IMG/VR virus record: IMGVR_UViG_3300044676_000856
Span: 1 to 35,005 of that record
Origin: a virus
Taxonomy: Duplodnaviria; Caudoviricetes
Length of the DNA stretch: 35,005 nt
Direction: 5' to 3' (one strand)
Part shown: in pieces, positions 32,701 to 35,005 of the stretch
Layout: every line of letters starts with the position of its first letter
Position numbering within the stretch: the first letter of the stretch is position 1
The notes under the pieces: model-generated
Told to the model about the DNA's origin: nothing
The model's database searches: none
What the model saw: the letters and a program-made list of their open reading frames with translations, nothing else
Made by a program: the position numbers and the translations under genes

Positions 32701-34187
32701 TAGTAGTATACCTGTCTGTCACGCCTCAAAAACTCAGCTTCTTCAGGGTAATCGTCGTGGAGGCTTAAAAACCCGCCCTGACGGAACCGCATCAGCGCCA
32801 TCGTTGACGAATCGCAATAATCGTCATTGTCCCCAAACGGAAAGCTTGCCATCTCCTCGATAACCTCATCCGCAAAAGTTTCGTCTGGTGCCCAAACCAT
32901 CCCCGATTCAAATATCGGGGCAACACTGTTCATTCTTGCAATCTTATCTTGACCTCGGCTTGGTGTATAGGCTGTGACTGGAATGCCCATGCGCCTAAGC
33001 TCTTGGGTCAAAGGTGTGCCAGATGCCTTGGCTTCGATCAGCACACAGTCTGGCTCCCAGTATTTCCATTCCTCGTAGGCCAGTCTTTTCAGCTCAGGAA
33101 AGTCTAACCTGACCCTCTTTGCGTCTAAAAGTATAATAGCTTGCACATCTTCGTCTGGCGACTGGAATATCGCCCACGTAGTAATGGCCGAGTAGTCGGC
33201 GGTCTCTTTCTTGCTAAACGCGGTGTCATAGCTCTGGATGACGTACTCGTATGAGGGCACCCAGTCGTTCTCCCACTTGCGCCACCACTCGCGCTTCACG
33301 ATAGAGCCGGCCTCTGCCGTGGGGTTTTGCATCCACTGAGCATTCCACTTGCTAATCGGAAGCGAGGCCTTAACCGACAAAAGCTCTTCTTTTTTCCAAA
33401 ATTCTGGCCATAAAGGTGTCTCAGACTCGGGCATGATTGCCGGGAACTCTACAACCTCCCACTGGTCGGCGTGTTCATCCTTTCCTTGGTTCTTGAGAAC
33501 CTTGCCAACCAAGTCCTTGGTGCTCCACCGCGTCATCACAATAATAATAATTCCACCCGGCTGGAGACGCTGTCGTGGCCCCGAGGTGTACCAGTCGTAA
33601 GCCGATTCCATTGCTGTGGGCGACATCGCATCCTGCTCTGAGTGCGGATCGTCAATGATCAATAGGTCAGCACCACGCCCCGTAATCGCGCCACCCACAC
33701 CCGCGTAGAAGGATTCGCCTTCGTGATTCGTTGTCCAGCGCCCCGCTGACTTGTTGTCTGACTGAAGTTTTACGTCTGGAAAGATTTGCGAGTAATCGTC
33801 CGAGTCAATAAGGTTTCTGACCTTTCGACCAAACCTGACAGCCAGCTCAGCGGTGTGCGTTGTCTGGATGATTTTAAGGTCGGGCTTACGGCCCATCATC
33901 CAGCTCGGAAAGTATGTACTGGCAAACTCAGACTTAGAGTGTCGAGGGGGTAGGCAGACTATCAGACGCTTCAGTTTGCCTTGGGCGATCCGATTAAATT
34001 TTTCACCGATGATCTTGTGGTGCCTGCCAAGGATACATTCGGGCCACATATGCTGAACAAAATTTATAAAGTCGTTCTGGCACTTGTCCTGCTTGTCCAT
34101 TTGGTCATAGCGGGACAGCAGGGCCAGAGCTTCGTTTTGATCTTGCTCGCTTAGAATCTCAAAGTCTTTGAGCGAGAGGCTAGACAT
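32700..34187 (-). CDS. terL: Terminase large subunit
   Basis: Walker A-like PPRHSKS, ITGRGADLLIIDDP, MTRW..DL.G, QSYDTA, IE.KASG, C-terminal DDYCDS nuclease acidic residues. Confidence 0.95.
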   Translation of the reverse strand: MSSLSLKDFEILSEQDQNEALALLSRYDQMDKQDKCQNDFINFVQHMWPECILGRHHKIIGEKFNRIAQGKLKRLIVCLPPRHSKSEFASTYFPSWMMGRKPDLKIIQTTHTAELAVRFGRKVRNLIDSDDYSQIFPDVKLQSDNKSAGRWTTNHEGESFYAGVGGAITGRGADLLIIDDPHSEQDAMSPTAMESAYDWYTSGPRQRLQPGGIIIIVMTRWSTKDLVGKVLKNQGKDEHADQWEVVEFPAIMPESETPLWPEFWKKEELLSVKASLPISKWNAQWMQNPTAEAGSIVKREWWRKWENDWVPSYEYVIQSYDTAFSKKETADYSAITTWAIFQSPDEDVQAIILLDAKRVRLDFPELKRLAYEEWKYWEPDCVLIEAKASGTPLTQELRRMGIPVTAYTPSRGQDKIARMNSVAPIFESGMVWAPDETFADEVIEEMASFPFGDNDDYCDSSTMALMRFRQGGFLSLHDDYPEEAEFLRRDRQVYY

Positions 34188-34626
34188 TTTCCCAAGCTTC
34201 CCCCTTAAACAACAAGGCCTCCGCCTCGCGTCTGCGGATTAATCCGTCCAGAACCTGACCTCCTGCCTTGTTCCAACGACGGATCTGATGGGGCACGTCA
34301 TCCATGTCACCTTCGTTAAGTCGCTTCAATAGCGTTGATGATTTCAGGTTTGTAGGGCCAAGGTTATACGTCCAAGATACCAAGGCGTCGAACTGGCTTT
34401 GGTTAAGCTCAGTATCAACCAGATCGTTGACGTAACCTTCAAACTCTTGGAGGTCTTCAGCAAGAATTTCTTCTGCCTCTTTCTTCGTGCAGGTATCTCC
34501 AGCAGAGACACCTTTAGTGTGCCCGTAGCCTATCGTCCAGACATCGGCAGAGCATTGGTAAGACTCTAGCTTGCACCCTTCAAATTTTTTGATAAGGCAT
34601 ACGCCCTCTTCGCTAAGAACTCTCAT
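34180..34626 (-). CDS. Endolysin, GH24 phage lysozyme
   Basis: IK.FEG..L..Y.C.ADVWTIGYGHT (E-x8-D-x5-T triad), QFDALVSW.YNLG, STLL..LN, GL.RRR.AE..LF; start moved to ATG 34626. Confidence 0.93.
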   Translation of the reverse strand: MRVLSEEGVCLIKKFEGCKLESYQCSADVWTIGYGHTKGVSAGDTCTKKEAEEILAEDLQEFEGYVNDLVDTELNQSQFDALVSWTYNLGPTNLKSSTLLKRLNEGDMDDVPHQIRRWNKAGGQVLDGLIRRREAEALLFKGEAWENV

Positions 34627-34640
34627 GTTAATTAACCGCA

Positions 34641-35005
34641 TTATTCGTCATGTTTGTGGGAAGCGCCGTAGTAAAAAGATATGATACTGCTGACGATCCC
34701 ACCCAAATAACCAAGCACAAGATTAACAATGCCATTGTCTGTAGCAACAGGGTCTTGTAGTGTGACCAGCGCGATGTAACCTCCGAAGAATAGGACGCAA
34801 GCAACCGCAATAAATTTTGGCGTCCAGTCACCTTTGAAAGCCATTCGCGCATTCTGGATATCATCTGTTTCAAGTTTGAAAACATCTACGTCTAGCTCCT
34901 TCATCCGCGCCTGAAAATCAAATTCCGCTTTTTTAATTTCTGCAAGTTGTTCGGGGGTTGCCGCTTGGACGGCTTTCTCAATGCTCTTTTCATCAGCCTT
35001 GCACC
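34641..35005 (-). CDS. Holin-like membrane protein, 5' end outside window
   Basis: Frame open from window edge (CKADEKSIEKAVQAATPEQLAEIKKAE...); D...AR motif then two TM helices ending FYYGAS; directly upstream of lysozyme. Confidence 0.65.
   Translation of the reverse strand, partial: CKADEKSIEKAVQAATPEQLAEIKKAEFDFQARMKELDVDVFKLETDDIQNARMAFKGDWTPKFIAVACVLFFGGYIALVTLQDPVATDNGIVNLVLGYLGGIVSSIISFYYGASHKHDE

Noticed and set aside
1-35005. tRNA, rRNA, CRISPR, integrase, transposase, intron/intein or DGR
   Set aside because: No cloverleaf, repeat array, recombinase, reverse transcriptase or interrupted terminase/capsid gene was recognised by eye

Overview
This window is about 35 kb of a dsDNA tailed bacteriophage with a short-tail (podovirus, P22/HTVC010P-like) gene set. 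It looks like an environmental or marine proteobacterial phage, but the host cannot be determined from the sequence. The minus strand from 35005 down to 5710 is one long late region: holin-like (partial), GH24 lysozyme, terminase large subunit, portal, GroES, scaffold, capsid decoration, major capsid protein, small virion proteins, head-tail adaptors, a glycosyltransferase-like gene, a P22 gp10-like tail hub and four large internal/ejection proteins. The left end holds replication and recombination genes (primase N-terminus, SSB-like, DUF3310-like, RecE-like exonuclease), a 2OG-Fe(II) oxygenase and a ribbon-helix-helix regulator. The most notable signals are non-coding. (1) A canonical type III hammerhead ribozyme lies at 3380-3429 (-). 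(2) Two accessory-gene cassettes about 21.7 kb apart and in opposite orientation (2944-4510 and 25172-26110) share a promoter motif and a near-identical 36-bp junction (hairpin encoding Ala-Ala-stop, then RBS, then ATGATG). One cassette is inserted backwards into the capsid operon. (3) Two candidate pseudoknotted leader RNAs lie at 1695-1771 and 25057-25140. (4) A parS-like palindrome sits right after the capsid gene. No tRNA, rRNA, CRISPR array, integrase or obvious tail fibre gene was seen. All family calls come from motif recognition by eye, not database searches.
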